Positions 50,908 through 60,550 of a stretch of DNA of 64,000 nt are shown here, in pieces (within the stretch, counting starts at the first letter, position 1; the number at the start of each line of letters is the position of its first letter). The stretch comes from Dehalococcoidia bacterium (lineage in GTDB: Bacteria; Chloroflexota; Dehalococcoidia; UBA2979): the NCBI GenBank assembly GCA_965208885.1, contig CBDBPS010000002.1, positions 1,237,750-1,301,749 of the forward strand. The letters run 5' to 3'. Below the pieces are notes generated by a model. It was not told the origin of the DNA, made no database searches, and saw only the letters and a program-made list of their open reading frames with translations. Made by a program: the position numbers and the translations under genes.

Positions 50908-52518
50908 CTAGTCCTGCTCCCACATGGACTCGACGATCCGGTCGAAGATCTCGCTGGTGTCCGCCCGAACTCCAGTCGGGAAGTCCGGCGCGAATTTGCG
51001 GACCCATTCTCCGCCGAACTCCACGTCGAGTCCTATTGATGCGGTCTGGCTTGCATTTCGGATGATGATGCCGACATCTCCACCTCTCGGTACCGCCAAG
51101 GCGGTGTCAGGCGTAGCCAAGAAAACTCCCTTGAAGATCAGCTGCTCGCCTGGGGGTATGTCGAAGACCAGTGAAGTAGCCTCCAAGTCGAGGCGGTAAG
51201 TACCGGGAGCTAGAACGCCATCCCATTCGATAGTCTCGATGTCAGCGGGCGCTCCGCAGTCGTCGTGTGTGACGTCGTTCGTCGCCACCTGACGCAGTAC
51301 CGGGGGCGCGCACCCCTCGAAGTCCGTCCCCGTGATGGAGACGCTCGTCAGGCTGTCCAGTTGCGCAAGCTTCGACGGGAGCATGCCCGTGAGTGGGTTG
51401 CCACTGAGGTCCAGCGTCGTCAGCCCGGTGAGATTGCCGAGCAGCCCCGACAGCTCGCCGTCGAGGCCGAGGTCTGCCAGGTCGAGGGCGGTGACGCGTT
51501 GGGGCGTGCCGGAGACCGTGACGCCCATCCACTCGGACATCGCCTTCGCCGCCGTCCAGTTGAGCCTGCCCGTCCCGCGGATCGTGTCGCGCAGGCCCAG
51601 CAGCGACTCGCAGTCCGCCACGAGCTCGGTGTTCGTCGTCGGGTTCGTCGCGATCCCCGACGAGCAGTCCTGCACCTCGACGCCGGTCGTGACCACGGTG
51701 GCGCCGATCTCCGGCTTGCCGTCCGACGGCGGGCGGGGGAAGGGCCGCGCGGCCTTCAGGTTGTAGGTGACGGTCGACGCCGCGGTGGCCTCATCGCTGA
51801 CCGTGAAGGTGTACGTCGTCCCTACCGGTGGGATGAGCCTCGATGCCGAGACCGGTGGGATGACCGGTGACGGCTCGAGGTAGAAGCGCGTCCAGCCGCC
51901 GGGCAGCCGCGCCGCTGTGACGACCGTGACCTCGAGCCCCGCGTCGACGTGGTAGGTGCCGCCCGGCCCGGCGTTGAGCCGCATCGCGGACGGGATGTCG
52001 ACGACGTGTGCGTAGTCCCCGGGCGCGCCGATGTAGACCGCGTGGATGCACGTCGGGTCGGTCGGTGTCGCGCAAGCGTCGGGCGCTGGGGCCGGTGCTG
52101 CGGGCGTCGGGTCGGTCGGCGGCGCGACGGCCGCCGACGGGTCGCTGTCACCCTCCACGACCGCCTCGAGGGCCACGAGCGCCACCACCACGACGACGAC
52201 ACCGCCAAGCGCCGCCGCGCCAGCCCCGACCCACACCAGGGGCCGCCCCAGCGACCACAGCGCTGCCGGCAGCGCGAACAGCGCGCCCAGGCGGCCTCGA
52301 CGCCCTTCGGGGCGCCAGGCGACGAGTGCGCGGCGGTCGCGCAGCTCCAGCTTCGTGAGCATGTTCGAGATGTGCGTCTTGACCGTCTCGGCGCTGAGGC
52401 CGAGGCGCGCCGCGATCTCGGCGTTCGTGCCGCCGTCGCGCAGTGCATCGAGCACCCGCCACTCGGCGGGCGTCAGCACATCGGGATGGCGTGGCCGGCC
52501 GCGACGGTTGCGCTCCAC
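50908..52518 (-). CDS. membrane-anchored LuxR/GerE-family regulator with extracytoplasmic plant-type LRR sensor (paralog 3, intact)
   Basis: GTG start at 52518 is chosen by homology: 'VERNRRGRPRHPDVLTPAEWRVL' aligns with 'MERNRRGRP' of the paralogs. HTH, TM helix, Ala/Pro linker, LRRNT-like cap ('CESLLGLRDT...W.GV.V.G...RVTAL.L') and LRRs ('LSGLLGNLTGLTTLDLSGNPLTGMLPSKLAQLDSLTS') follow. The track ORF extends to 52662, but that region is not conserved. Confidence 0.75.
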   Translation of the reverse strand: MERNRRGRPRHPDVLTPAEWRVLDALRDGGTNAEIAARLGLSAETVKTHISNMLTKLELRDRRALVAWRPEGRRGRLGALFALPAALWSLGRPLVWVGAGAAALGGVVVVVVALVALEAVVEGDSDPSAAVAPPTDPTPAAPAPAPDACATPTDPTCIHAVYIGAPGDYAHVVDIPSAMRLNAGPGGTYHVDAGLEVTVVTAARLPGGWTRFYLEPSPVIPPVSASRLIPPVGTTYTFTVSDEATAASTVTYNLKAARPFPRPPSDGKPEIGATVVTTGVEVQDCSSGIATNPTTNTELVADCESLLGLRDTIRGTGRLNWTAAKAMSEWMGVTVSGTPQRVTALDLADLGLDGELSGLLGNLTGLTTLDLSGNPLTGMLPSKLAQLDSLTSVSITGTDFEGCAPPVLRQVATNDVTHDDCGAPADIETIEWDGVLAPGTYRLDLEATSLVFDIPPGEQLIFKGVFLATPDTALAVPRGGDVGIIIRNASQTASIGLDVEFGGEWVRKFAPDFPTGVRADTSEIFDRIVESMWEQD

Positions 52519-52551
52519 GGAACCATCGTAGAGCCTGTGGCGCGAATTACC
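52519..52551 (-). promoter_or_regulatory. conserved promoter-like motif GGTAATTCGCGCC...TACGAT-6nt-GTG upstream of paralog 3
   Basis: Alignment with the motifs at 2250-2284 and 6440-6475. Confidence 0.35.
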
Positions 52552-52662
52552 TCCCCCGGCTGCCCGCCGGGGCCCACGTGCAGTGACGGCCCCTACAAGG
52601 TCGACGAGGGGTGACCCGGCCTGGACGACCGCTCGCAGCGCGATCAGATCGTCCGTCCGCAC

Positions 52663-53553
52663 CTACGGCACGATCACCGTCATCGACGCTGCAACCGGCT
52701 CGCCGTTGCGCATGTACGGCTCGTGCGTGTTGGTGGTGAGCGTCACCCGAACCTCCCGTTCGCCGGGCGTCAGCCCTCCGAGGAAGAACCACGGTCCGTA
52801 CACGCGCCCGATCTTCTCGCCGTCGACGTAGATGTGCGCGTGCCCCTCGCCGGAAACGTGATCGCCGTTGACCGACTCGGGCGCGAACGCGAAGCCGGTG
52901 GCATCGATGCGCACGTTGAAGGCGCCGCCGCCGTGTGCGTCGGCTTCCGCGCGCACCTGCACCGACATCCCCTCGGGCGCTTCGACCGTCTCGTCCTGGG
53001 CGTGCATGTGGGCGCCGTCCCCGGGTGCGGGCACGGTCACCGTCCGGGTGGCGTCGACGAGGCCCGCGCTCCGCACGTAGTCGGCGTGCGAGTTGGTGCT
53101 GAGCGAGACTCGCACCTCGTGGGCACCGTGGGTGAGGCCGACGAGGTGGTAGCTCGGCCCGTAGAGGCGCGTGATCTTCACGCCGTCGACGTAGAGATGG
53201 GCGTGGCCCTGGCCGGGTATGTGCTCGCTGTTGACGGCCTCCGGGGTGAACGTGAACCCCGGCGTGGTGACTGTGATGTTGTATCCGGAAACGGCATCGG
53301 GCTCGACCTGCAACTCGACGGACGTACCCTCGGGCGCCTCGACGGACGCCGTCATTACGTGGCTAGTGGCGGACGCCTGCATGCCCCCGGACAGGGCATC
53401 ACCGCCTGCATCGGTAGCCTCGTGGCTATGGGTGGAGTGGTCGTGTTCCTGGGCCGGTTGGTCGTCGCGGACGCCGACCACGACGACGCCGGCGAGTGCC
53501 GCAAGGGCGAGGACGGCGAGGGCGACGAACAGTCGCAGCCGTGTGAGACGCAT
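52663..53553 (-). CDS. secreted or membrane-anchored protein with two tandem homologous His-rich domains of about 95 aa (possible metal-binding beta-sandwich; family uncertain)
   Basis: Signal/TM 'MRLTRLRLFVALAVLALAALAGVVVVG', then repeats containing 'GQGHAHLYVDGVKITRLYGP' and 'GEGHAHIYVDGEKIGRVYGP'. ATG 53553 follows a GAAGGA RBS; the track start GTG 53616 is the alternative. Confidence 0.65.
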   Translation of the reverse strand: MRLTRLRLFVALAVLALAALAGVVVVGVRDDQPAQEHDHSTHSHEATDAGGDALSGGMQASATSHVMTASVEAPEGTSVELQVEPDAVSGYNITVTTPGFTFTPEAVNSEHIPGQGHAHLYVDGVKITRLYGPSYHLVGLTHGAHEVRVSLSTNSHADYVRSAGLVDATRTVTVPAPGDGAHMHAQDETVEAPEGMSVQVRAEADAHGGGAFNVRIDATGFAFAPESVNGDHVSGEGHAHIYVDGEKIGRVYGPWFFLGGLTPGEREVRVTLTTNTHEPYMRNGEPVAASMTVIVP

Positions 53554-53814
53554 CGGTAGCGTTCCTTCGCAATGTGCATGGCGCACTCGGCGCGGCCGGA
53601 CGGCCGTCGCGAGCACGTGAGGAGTGCCTGGGGGTCAGGGCGGGAGCTACGCCCGAGGTGGCTCGGTCGGGACGGAGAGCGGGCGGGTGCGTGGAGTGGG
53701 CGCCACGCTCGCGAGCTCCCGATCAACTCGCGCGGCACGGGACGTGGCCCCATCGACGAGCTGGCCGTGCTGAGCTACACGCCGCCGTCCCCCGCGTAAC
53801 CTCGCCCCGTCGAT

Positions 53815-53945
53815 CCGTCCCCCTCTCCCTCTCTGAGAGAGCTGGGGTGAGGGTCCGACGGGCTCCTCGGCGGCTGTTCGCACCCAGCCGGACCCCCTCA
53901 CCCTCACCCTCTCCCCCGCAGACGGGGGCGAGGGGATCAGATCGC
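53815..53945. repeat. two GC-rich palindromic repeat units; the second (53890-53940) is identical over about 50 nt to the copy at 9246-9296
   Basis: Direct comparison. Confidence 0.85.
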
Positions 53946-54032
53946 TTCCTCTCACGCGTGCCGGATCGAGGTGTGCGCCGCGCGCCTCGCGGCGGTCTAC
54001 TGGCCACGAGGTAGCAGCACTAGACTCGGGCG

Positions 54033-54743
54033 ATGGCCGACTCACCAAACCGCCGCCGAACGCTCCACCGCGGCGCGCTGCGCGTCATGCTCGCATCGGT
54101 CGCCGCAAGCGCGCTGATGGGTTGCTACGCGGTGCTCAGCGAAGACTTCGGCGAGACCGAAGGCAAGCTGCTGCTCAGCACGCTCTCGGTCTTCGGCACC
54201 AGCATGATCACGCTCGCCTGTGGGGTTGCCTGGGAGCGCGGCCGGCTCGGAGTCGTGCCGCCGCTGGGGATCGTGCTGGGACTGGTCGGGCTGGTATTCC
54301 TCCTCGTGGTGATCTGGGTCGAGCCCGACACCGACAACGAGTTGATCGGGCGGGGTCTCCTGACCGAGATCACGCTCGCCCTGGCGGCCACGCACGCGAG
54401 CCTCGTCGGGCTCAACGGCCTTGGGCGTCGCTACGCGGTTGTCCCGGTTGGGGCGTATGCGCTGAACGCGCTGCTCACCGCCACGTCGGTCCTGTGGATC
54501 TGGTGGGAGCCCGTATGGGACGACGCGTTCGGCCGCTGGTACGGCACCCTGATCGTGCTGCTCATCGCCGCGACCATTGCGATCCCGGTGCTGCGGCGGC
54601 TCGAGGGCTCCACTGTCGACTCAGCGCGCGTCGAGACGGCGGCGCGCTTCTGCCCGAACTGCGGGGCGGGCCTCGACCTGGAGGGCGCGTCGACGTGCGC
54701 GGCGTGCGGCGCGGCCTTCGAGGTCCGGGTCACGCCACCGTAG
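54033..54743 (+). CDS. polytopic membrane protein with C-terminal zinc-ribbon (CPNCG...CAACG)
   Basis: About six TM helices and a CxxC...CxxC C-terminus. Confidence 0.55.
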   Translation: MADSPNRRRTLHRGALRVMLASVAASALMGCYAVLSEDFGETEGKLLLSTLSVFGTSMITLACGVAWERGRLGVVPPLGIVLGLVGLVFLLVVIWVEPDTDNELIGRGLLTEITLALAATHASLVGLNGLGRRYAVVPVGAYALNALLTATSVLWIWWEPVWDDAFGRWYGTLIVLLIAATIAIPVLRRLEGSTVDSARVETAARFCPNCGAGLDLEGASTCAACGAAFEVRVTPP

Positions 54744-54792
54744 GGCGCGCGCCGCAACTTCGTATACTCGGTGCGAGGCAGGGAGGATCGGC

Positions 54793-55617
54793 ATGTTCAG
54801 GACCATCGGCCACACGTTCGAGTTGATGAAGATGAGCTGGCGCGTGCTCATGATGGACCGCGAGCTGATCCTGTTTCCGATCATGTCAGGCGTCGCACTG
54901 CTGGTGCTCGTGGGTGCGATGCTCGGGATCGCCGGGACGACGGGTACCCTCGACCGCGTCAGCGAGGGGTCGTCTGAGTCGGTCGGGGCCGTCGACGCGA
55001 TCCTCGGCGCGGCCCTCGTGTTCCTCTCCTCGGCGATCGTGATCTTCTTCAACGCCGCACTGATTGCAGCCGCGCTCGAGCGGCTGCGGGGCGGCGACCC
55101 CAACATCGGCTCGGGCCTGCGCGCTGCCAGCGCGCGCCTGCCGCAGATCCTGGCTTGGGCCCTGATCACCGTGATCGTCTCGATGATCCTGCAGGCGCTG
55201 CGCGAGCGCGGCGGCATCGCCGGGAGCATCGCCTCGATGATCGGCGGCGTGGCCTGGGGCCTCGCGACGTTCTTCGTGATCCCCGTGCTGGTCGCCGAGG
55301 GCGTCGGGCCGATCGAGGCGATCAAGCGCTCGGCCGGGCTGCTGCGGCAGACGTGGGGCAACCAGCTCACGGCGAACTTCGGCTTCATGATCGTCGGGCT
55401 GCTCGGCGTGCTCGTGGCGATCATCCCGGCGGCGCTGCTGTTCTTCGTGCACCCGCTGCTCGGCATCGCCGTGGGGGTCCCGCTGGTGGCCGTGGCGATC
55501 GGCACCGTGCAGGCGCTCGAGGGCATCTTCAAGGCCGCGCTCTACGACTACGCCCGAGGCGATGTCCCGCACGGCTTCGACCGCGACACCCTGGCCAGCG
55601 CCTACCGCGCGATGTAG
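54793..55617 (+). CDS. hypothetical polytopic membrane protein
   Basis: GGGAGGA RBS before ATG 54793; about six TM helices. The upstream part of the track ORF is R-rich junk. Confidence 0.6.
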   Translation: MFRTIGHTFELMKMSWRVLMMDRELILFPIMSGVALLVLVGAMLGIAGTTGTLDRVSEGSSESVGAVDAILGAALVFLSSAIVIFFNAALIAAALERLRGGDPNIGSGLRAASARLPQILAWALITVIVSMILQALRERGGIAGSIASMIGGVAWGLATFFVIPVLVAEGVGPIEAIKRSAGLLRQTWGNQLTANFGFMIVGLLGVLVAIIPAALLFFVHPLLGIAVGVPLVAVAIGTVQALEGIFKAALYDYARGDVPHGFDRDTLASAYRAM

Positions 55618-55652
55618 CCCTCGACGCGATTCGTGGCGGCGGGCCGTCCGCG

Positions 55653-56132
55653 TTAGCGGGCGGGGATCAGGTCGCGCGTCAGTTCGGCGTGCCCGAGGTG
55701 GGTCGCGACGTGGGTGGCGGTGGCGAGGAGCAGTTGCCGCCCGCTCTCCGTGCCCCGCACCGGGTGCTCGAACGTCGCGAGCAGCGCGCTCTCCTCGATG
55801 CTCGAGAGCGACGCCGGGATGCGCTCGCGCAGCGACGCCCAGCGCTCCTCGAGCGCCTCGGAGGTCGCTCCCGACGATGCGAACTCCGCCTCGCGGTCAC
55901 GCTCGCCGGGCTCCCCGCAGAGCATGAACAGCGTGGCCTGCTCGGTCAGCCCGAGGGCGTGCGAGGCGAGGATGTAGAGGCTGTTGGCGCCCTCGGCGGC
56001 GTGAGGCCCGGTCGTCGGTCGCCAGTTGAGCCGGTCGCCGTCGAGCCCGCTGGTCAGGCTGACGAGCTGGTCGAGCGCGCTCTCGAGCTGCCCCCAGGCG
56101 ATCTCGATCTCGTTGCTGGCGAAGTCCGGCAT
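55653..56132 (-). CDS. DinB/YfiT-like (DinB_2) metal-dependent protein
   Basis: Four-helix-bundle signature histidines ('LASHALG', 'THVATHLGHAEL'). AAGGA RBS before ATG 56132. Confidence 0.75.
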   Translation of the reverse strand: MPDFASNEIEIAWGQLESALDQLVSLTSGLDGDRLNWRPTTGPHAAEGANSLYILASHALGLTEQATLFMLCGEPGERDREAEFASSGATSEALEERWASLRERIPASLSSIEESALLATFEHPVRGTESGRQLLLATATHVATHLGHAELTRDLIPAR

Positions 56133-56203
56133 GGTCGTGGTCCTTACGCGGGGACGTCGGGTGGCGGCTCTACGCCCCGCCAGCAGTCTAGTAGCATGTC
56201 CGC

Positions 56204-56398
56204 ATGCCGGTCGCACGCTGCGAGTTCTGCACCGCCCAGCCTTTCGAGGAGGTCGCCGTCTCGCGCTGGCGCGACGACCCCGACGATCGCGAACGGCTCA
56301 CCATCGAGCTGTGCCGCAAGCACCTCGGACGGCTGCGCAAGGCGCCTGCCGCCGGCTTCGCCCATCGCGGGGTGCGCTACCGCGCCGGGTTCTGGTAG
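56204..56398 (+). CDS. small zinc-ribbon-like hypothetical protein (64 aa; CxxC...CxxH)
   Basis: GC3 about 88%, in a 340-bp gap between divergent genes. No clear RBS. Confidence 0.4.
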   Translation: MPVARCEFCTAQPFEEVAVSRWRDDPDDRERLTIELCRKHLGRLRKAPAAGFAHRGVRYRAGFW

Positions 56399-56554
56399 CG
56401 CACACAGCTCGCGCGACCCTGCTCGATGTCCCAGGGTCGGTCCGGCCACCTCTGAGCCTGGTCACCAATCCGCCTCCCCACTCGTCCATACTGCACGCGC
56501 AATCCTCAAGCTCGATGCGCGCCGACGGCGCGTGGGCAGGGATCGAGGTGGCAC

Positions 56555-57835
56555 ATGCCGGGACCACTCGCGGGGATCAAGGTGTTCGAGGTGTCGCAGA
56601 TCTACGCCGGACCCTACGCGGGCCTGACGCTCGCGGACCTCGGCGCGGACGTGGTGAAGTGCGAGCCCCCCGCCGGCGAGGCCGGGCGGCTCTGGGGGCA
56701 GTTCGCGCCGGGCGAGAGCAAGGAGTTCCACACCCTCAATCGCGGCAAGCGCAGCCTCGTGCTGGACCTGGCAACCGAGGCCGGCCAGGCGGTCGTGCAT
56801 CGCCTCATCCCGGGGTTCGACGTCTTCCTCATCAACGCCAGGCCCGGCGTGCCGCAGCGCCTGAACGTCGACTACGAGACGCTCCGGCAGCACCGGCCGG
56901 ACCTCATCTACCTCGAGAACACCGGGTTCGGCGACCGCGGTCCGAGCGCCTCGCGCTCCGGTTCCGACGTGGTCCTGCAGGCCTACAGCGGGCTCATGGC
57001 GGCCGACGGGAAGATCGACGAGTACGGCGCGCCGGACTTCATCACCGCGACCGCGCCGGGCGATTTCCACGCCGGGCTCGGAGCCGCTCTCGGCGTGGTG
57101 GCGGCGCTCTACCACCGGTCGGAGACCGGCGAGGGCCAGTACGTCGCCTCCTCGCTGCTAGCGGCCAGCCTGAACCTTGCAAGCCCCCACGTGACGAGGC
57201 TGCCGGTGTTCGACGCGATTGTCGGCACCGATCGCATGGACCGCGTCTTCGAGGCTCGACGCCGGGGCGCGAGCTACAGCGAACAGCTCGCCATCAAGGG
57301 CGACATCTTCGCGACGGTGGGGAGGGCGTCGAGGCTGTACTACGGCGGCTACAACACGAAGGACGGCGCGGTGATCCTCGGCGCGCTGACGCCTGCCAAC
57401 CAGGAGCAGTTCCGGCGCGCGATCGGGGTCGAGGACGACCCGACGGCCGCCGAGGACTTCGACGCGCTCGCCCCGGAGAGCGACGCGATCGCTGAAGCGA
57501 TGCTGGAGCGCATCCGCAACATCATGCTGACAAAGACCGTGGACGAGTGGCTCGAGATCTTCGACGCCGTCGGCGCGCCCGCCTCCCGGGTGCAGTTCGC
57601 CGAGGAGATGGCGGACGACCCGCAGGTGGAGGCGATGGGCTACATGCTGGACCTGGAGCACGAGCTCACGGGCCCTGAGCGGCTCGTCGGCCCCATCGTC
57701 CAGATGTCGGCGACGCCAACGGGGAGCGACCGCGCCTCTCCGCCCCTCGGCCGTCACACCGACGAGATCCTGCGCGAGCACGGCTACAGCGACGCCGAGA
57801 TTGCGGAACTGCGCGCCGCGGGCGGAACCAGCTAA
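56555..57835 (+). CDS. CoA-transferase family III (CaiB/BaiF-type)
   Basis: 'PLAGIKVFEVSQIYAGPYAGLTLADLGADVVKCEPP' N-terminus and the catalytic Asp region. Confidence 0.9.
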   Translation: MPGPLAGIKVFEVSQIYAGPYAGLTLADLGADVVKCEPPAGEAGRLWGQFAPGESKEFHTLNRGKRSLVLDLATEAGQAVVHRLIPGFDVFLINARPGVPQRLNVDYETLRQHRPDLIYLENTGFGDRGPSASRSGSDVVLQAYSGLMAADGKIDEYGAPDFITATAPGDFHAGLGAALGVVAALYHRSETGEGQYVASSLLAASLNLASPHVTRLPVFDAIVGTDRMDRVFEARRRGASYSEQLAIKGDIFATVGRASRLYYGGYNTKDGAVILGALTPANQEQFRRAIGVEDDPTAAEDFDALAPESDAIAEAMLERIRNIMLTKTVDEWLEIFDAVGAPASRVQFAEEMADDPQVEAMGYMLDLEHELTGPERLVGPIVQMSATPTGSDRASPPLGRHTDEILREHGYSDAEIAELRAAGGTS

Positions 57836-58704
57836 CGGGCGACCGAGGGTTCGCGCGCAGCCTCCGACGGCTCCTTGTCACCCGTCCCGCCACGCCCGAG
57901 CAGCGCGGCGAGGGGTGAGCGGCCGACGCCGATCTCGCGGCGCTCGAAGGCCACGAGGGCGAGCGCGGAGCACGCCGCCGCGGCCACGAGCAGCACACCC
58001 TGGTGCCAGAAGACGCTGCCCTCGGTCAGCACGCGGTGGGCGTCCGAGTAGTAGTACGGGGTCAGGTAGTGCAGCCAGTCGAGCGAGGCGACGAGGTCGG
58101 CGGTGATGTTCACGGCGTAGGCCACGAAGGCCGCGGCCGTCATCAGGGCTGCGGCCCGTCCGCGCGTCGGCGTGAGCGTGGCGGCGAGGACCGTCGCGGC
58201 GAGCGCGAACCAGGCGAACGGCAGCAGCGAGAAGGGCGCGGTCGCCAGCTCGCCCACCGCGACCTCGCCCTTGAGGTCGACGAACGGCGCCGTGAGCAGG
58301 AAGCCGAGCCCGGCGAGTGCGAGGATGCCCACCGCAGCGAGCACGACGCCCGCGAGCTTGCCGACGAAGAGCCTCCGCCGCGCGAGCGGCTGCGAGAGCA
58401 GCAGCTCAAGGGTGCCCGCGCCCTCCTCGCCGGCCAGCAGCGCGCCACCGGCGATGATCGCGAAGACCGTCATGAGCACCGGCGACCAGGTGAAGAACTC
58501 GACCTGGAAGAACTGGCGCGGGTCCGAGAGGTCGTCGACCGCTCCGAAGCCGATGTTCTCCAGCTCGACGCCCTCGAACTGCTCGGCGATGGCGGGGTAG
58601 AGCAGCACGAGCAGCGCCGCGAGGCCCGCGAGGCCGAGGCCCCACCCCAGCACCTGCCAGCGCAGGTCGCGCAGCGTCTTGCGCACGATCGTGCGGTCAG
58701 GCAC
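57832..58704 (-). CDS. ABC-2-type transporter permease
   Basis: Six TM helices, co-operonic with the ATPase, with overlapping stop/start. Confidence 0.8.
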   Translation of the reverse strand: MPDRTIVRKTLRDLRWQVLGWGLGLAGLAALLVLLYPAIAEQFEGVELENIGFGAVDDLSDPRQFFQVEFFTWSPVLMTVFAIIAGGALLAGEEGAGTLELLLSQPLARRRLFVGKLAGVVLAAVGILALAGLGFLLTAPFVDLKGEVAVGELATAPFSLLPFAWFALAATVLAATLTPTRGRAAALMTAAAFVAYAVNITADLVASLDWLHYLTPYYYSDAHRVLTEGSVFWHQGVLLVAAAACSALALVAFERREIGVGRSPLAALLGRGGTGDKEPSEAAREPSVAR

Positions 58705-59626
58705 GGGCGGCGCTTCCGCTCGTCGGGGCCCCCTCGGGCTCCTCGTAGTACGACAGGAACAGCTCCTCCAGCGTGATCTCGTGAGTCTCGAGGGTTTGCA
58801 CAGGATGCTCGGCGAGCGCCTGGATCAGCGCATGCATGGCGTCGTGCGTCTCGAACACGGCGTCGCGCTCCTCAAGCAAGACGAGGCGCACGCCAGGCAA
58901 CCGCTCGAAGAGCGCCGCGGGCGGCGCCTCCTCGAACGTCACGGTCACGCGGCGCGGCGCGAGTCGGCGCTGCTCGGCGAGGTCGTTGACGGCGACGATG
59001 CGGCCCGCGCGCAGCATCGCCACGCGGTTCGCGAGCTGCTCGACCTCGGCGAGGACGTGCGAGGAGAAGAAGACCGTCCGGCCCTCGTCGACCGCCTCGC
59101 GCAGGATCGCCTCGACCTCCTCCTGCACCAGCGGGTCGAGGGCGTTCGTCGGCTCGTCGAGCACGAGCACGTCGGGCTTCGCCATCAGCGCGATCACGAG
59201 GCCGACCTTCTGGTAGTTCCCGCGCGACAGGTCGCCGACCCGGCGCGTGCGGTCGAGGTTGAGCCGCTCGACAAGCTCCTCGCGGTAACGCCCGTCGACG
59301 CCGCCGCGCAGCGCGGCGACGAGGTCGAGGCAGGCGTCGACGTTGAGCGAGTCGTAGAGGGCGAGGTCACCGGGGAGGTAGCCGCAGCGGCGGCGCACCT
59401 CGATCGTGTCGCGCTGGGCGTGGAAGCCGAGCACCTCGGCGCGGCCGGCGCTGGGGCGGATCAGGTCCACGAGGATGCGGATGGCGGTGGTCTTGCCCGC
59501 GCCGTTGGGGCCGAGGAAGCCGAACACCTCGCCTTGTGGCACGTCGAGGTCGATGCCGTCGAGGGCGCGCACGTCGCCGTACGACTTCACGAGGCCCTCG
59601 AAGCGGATGGCCGGAGTGTCGCTCAT
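58697..59626 (-). CDS. ABC transporter ATP-binding protein
   Basis: Walker A 'GPNGAGKTT', signature 'LSRGNYQK' and Walker B 'VLVLDEPT'. Confidence 0.9.
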   Translation of the reverse strand: MSDTPAIRFEGLVKSYGDVRALDGIDLDVPQGEVFGFLGPNGAGKTTAIRILVDLIRPSAGRAEVLGFHAQRDTIEVRRRCGYLPGDLALYDSLNVDACLDLVAALRGGVDGRYREELVERLNLDRTRRVGDLSRGNYQKVGLVIALMAKPDVLVLDEPTNALDPLVQEEVEAILREAVDEGRTVFFSSHVLAEVEQLANRVAMLRAGRIVAVNDLAEQRRLAPRRVTVTFEEAPPAALFERLPGVRLVLLEERDAVFETHDAMHALIQALAEHPVQTLETHEITLEELFLSYYEEPEGAPTSGSAARA

Positions 59627-59738
59627 CGCCGTCCCACGTCAGCGGATCAAGCGTAGCGGAAACGGGCCAGAACGTGCCGCATACGAAGGTGCGTGCGATG
59701 CTGCGCGCTGCCGCGCGAGTGAGCGGCTGGGAGCCGTT

Positions 59739-60470
59739 ATGGCGTTTCGCGACGCGGGCATCGAGGCGGTTGTGTTCGACTGGGGTGGGACGCTCTCGAC
59801 CCATGCCACCTCGGTGCGCGTCGAGGAGCTCTGGAGGCCCGCCGCGGCGGCCCTCGAGGCTCACACGCCCCACTCGCGCGAGGAGATCTGGGCCTGCCTC
59901 GCCGCAACCGAGGACGACTTCTGGCAGCGCACCGAGACGCACCAGCGTGCCGGCACGCTCGCCCAGATCGTCGCCGAGGCGCACGAGCGGCTCGGCGCGG
60001 ACGTGCCCGGCGAGGTACTCGCGGCCGCCGCGCGCGCCTACCTCGACGCGTGGGCGCCGCACATCGAGCACGACACCGAGGCTGCGGGGACGCTCGAGGC
60101 CATGCGTGCGGCGGGGCTGCGCACGGCGATGCTCTCCAACACGCACTGGCCGCGCGAGTACCACGAGCACTTCCTCGAACGCGACGGGCTGGTGCACCTG
60201 CTCGACGAGCGCGTCTACACGTGCGAGCTGGACTACATGAAGCCGCACCCCGCGGCGTTCGAGGCGGCGCTCGCAGCCGTCGGCGTGAGCGACCCCTCGC
60301 GCGTGGTCTACGTCGGCGACCGGCCATTCGACGACATCTTCGGCGCGCAGCGTGCCGGGCTACGGACGGCGCTGCGCACCAACCCCCGTGTGCCGGCGTA
60401 CGACGTGGTGCCGGACGTCGAGATCGGCGGGCTGCCCGAGCTGCTCACGCATCTCGGGCTCACGGGGTAG
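59739..60470 (+). CDS. HAD-family hydrolase
   Basis: 'AVVFDWGGTL' motif I and 'VYVGDRPFDD' motif IV. Confidence 0.85.
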   Translation: MAFRDAGIEAVVFDWGGTLSTHATSVRVEELWRPAAAALEAHTPHSREEIWACLAATEDDFWQRTETHQRAGTLAQIVAEAHERLGADVPGEVLAAAARAYLDAWAPHIEHDTEAAGTLEAMRAAGLRTAMLSNTHWPREYHEHFLERDGLVHLLDERVYTCELDYMKPHPAAFEAALAAVGVSDPSRVVYVGDRPFDDIFGAQRAGLRTALRTNPRVPAYDVVPDVEIGGLPELLTHLGLTG

Positions 60471-60550
60471 CGCGCCAACGCGCGCGGGGCGCGAGGTATC
60501 CTGTGCACTGAACAGCCCGAGCCGGGGAGGCGAAGGCAGGAGGCTGCGTC

